From: Acidobacteriota bacterium | GTDB taxonomy: Bacteria; Acidobacteriota; UBA6911; RPQK01; JAJDTT01 | Length of the DNA stretch: 64,000 nucleotides | NCBI GenBank assembly: GCA_965217775.1 | Contig: CBDCJH010000002.1 | Span: 544,001 to 608,000, forward strand | Direction of reading: 5' to 3' | Part shown: positions 63,406 to 64,000 of the stretch, in pieces | How the letters are laid out: each line of letters begins with the position of its first letter | Numbering within the stretch: the first letter of the stretch is position 1 | Notes under the pieces: generated by a model | Database searches by the model: none | Seen by the model: only the letters and a program-made list of their open reading frames with translations | Told to the model about the DNA's origin: nothing | Made by a program: the position numbers and the translations under genes

Positions 63406-64000
63406 ATGAAAAAGATCGGCATCCTCTTTGCTGCATTCCTGGCCTTGGTCCTCTGGGTCTACTTCTACGAGATCGAAGGCGAGAAGACACGCCAAGCGGC
63501 CAAGGAGCGGGAGGAGAGTCTTCTGCGCCTGGAACAGGACCAGATCAGTTCGGTCAGGATGGACCGGCCCGGTCAAGACCCGATTCTCCTGGAGAAGATC
63601 GGCGAGGGCTGGGCCCTCAAGGCGCCGCTGGAGGCGCCCGCCGACAAGACCAGCGTCGACTCTCTGGTTCGCGACCTGGGAACGGCACGCATCGACCGGA
63701 CGTTCGAGGAAGTGGGCGCGGGACCCGAAGAGTATGGACTCGCCGAGCCCCGTCTCAAGCTGACGGTCGAGGCGGGTGACGAGAGCAAGGTCCTGAGCGT
63801 GGGCAGCGACGACTTCACGGGAGGCAAGGTCTACGTCCAGGTCAAAGGCGAGTCGCAGGTTCACCTGGTCTCGGACCGGCTCTTTACCACCACCGACAAG
63901 AAGTTGATGGATTGGCGGGACAAGAAAGTGGTCTCCATGGAGCGGGACAAGATCGCGGCCATCGAGATCTTTCGCGCTGCGGAGAAACTCCGGCTCAAGC
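63406..64000 (+). CDS. DUF4340-domain protein, truncated by window edge
   Basis: Hand translation MKKIGILFAAFLALVLWVYFYE...W.L..P...AD...YGLAEP; usual partner of GldAFG-like loci. Confidence 0.8.
   Translation, partial: MKKIGILFAAFLALVLWVYFYEIEGEKTRQAAKEREESLLRLEQDQISSVRMDRPGQDPILLEKIGEGWALKAPLEAPADKTSVDSLVRDLGTARIDRTFEEVGAGPEEYGLAEPRLKLTVEAGDESKVLSVGSDDFTGGKVYVQVKGESQVHLVSDRLFTTTDKKLMDWRDKKVVSMERDKIAAIEIFRAAEKLRLK

Overview
High-GC bacterial chromosome window; the secreted ankyrin proteins and dense defence cargo tentatively suggest a host-associated (e.g. sponge-symbiont) organism. The accessory left part (1-35 kb) holds a minus-strand BREX type-1-like operon (brxA-brxB-brxC-pglX) loaded with cargo: a small HNH nuclease, a low-GC DUF5677/HEPN-like gene, a decayed DUF4258/YgiT TA pair, a collapsed TrlF/Ppl-like PHP-ATPase remnant and three tandem Schlafen/AlbA_2-ATPase genes running off the window edge. 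It also holds a 2007-aa Avs/NLR-like nuclease-STAND NTPase, an AddAB-like helicase/nuclease pair and two tandem secreted ankyrin proteins. The right part is mostly housekeeping (lepA-hemW, glcF/glcE, manC, lhr, gap-pgk-tpiA-secG-tRNA-Leu, ispG, a Gld-like ABC system), with an islet of gene fragments after the tRNA. Two cross-window patterns stand out. In all four TA pairs the antitoxin is intact and the toxin is destroyed. A TA-flanked MITE-like repeat has ends that coincide with -10 hexamers upstream of gap, lhr and a decarboxylating dehydrogenase. All family calls are from motif recognition, not database searches.
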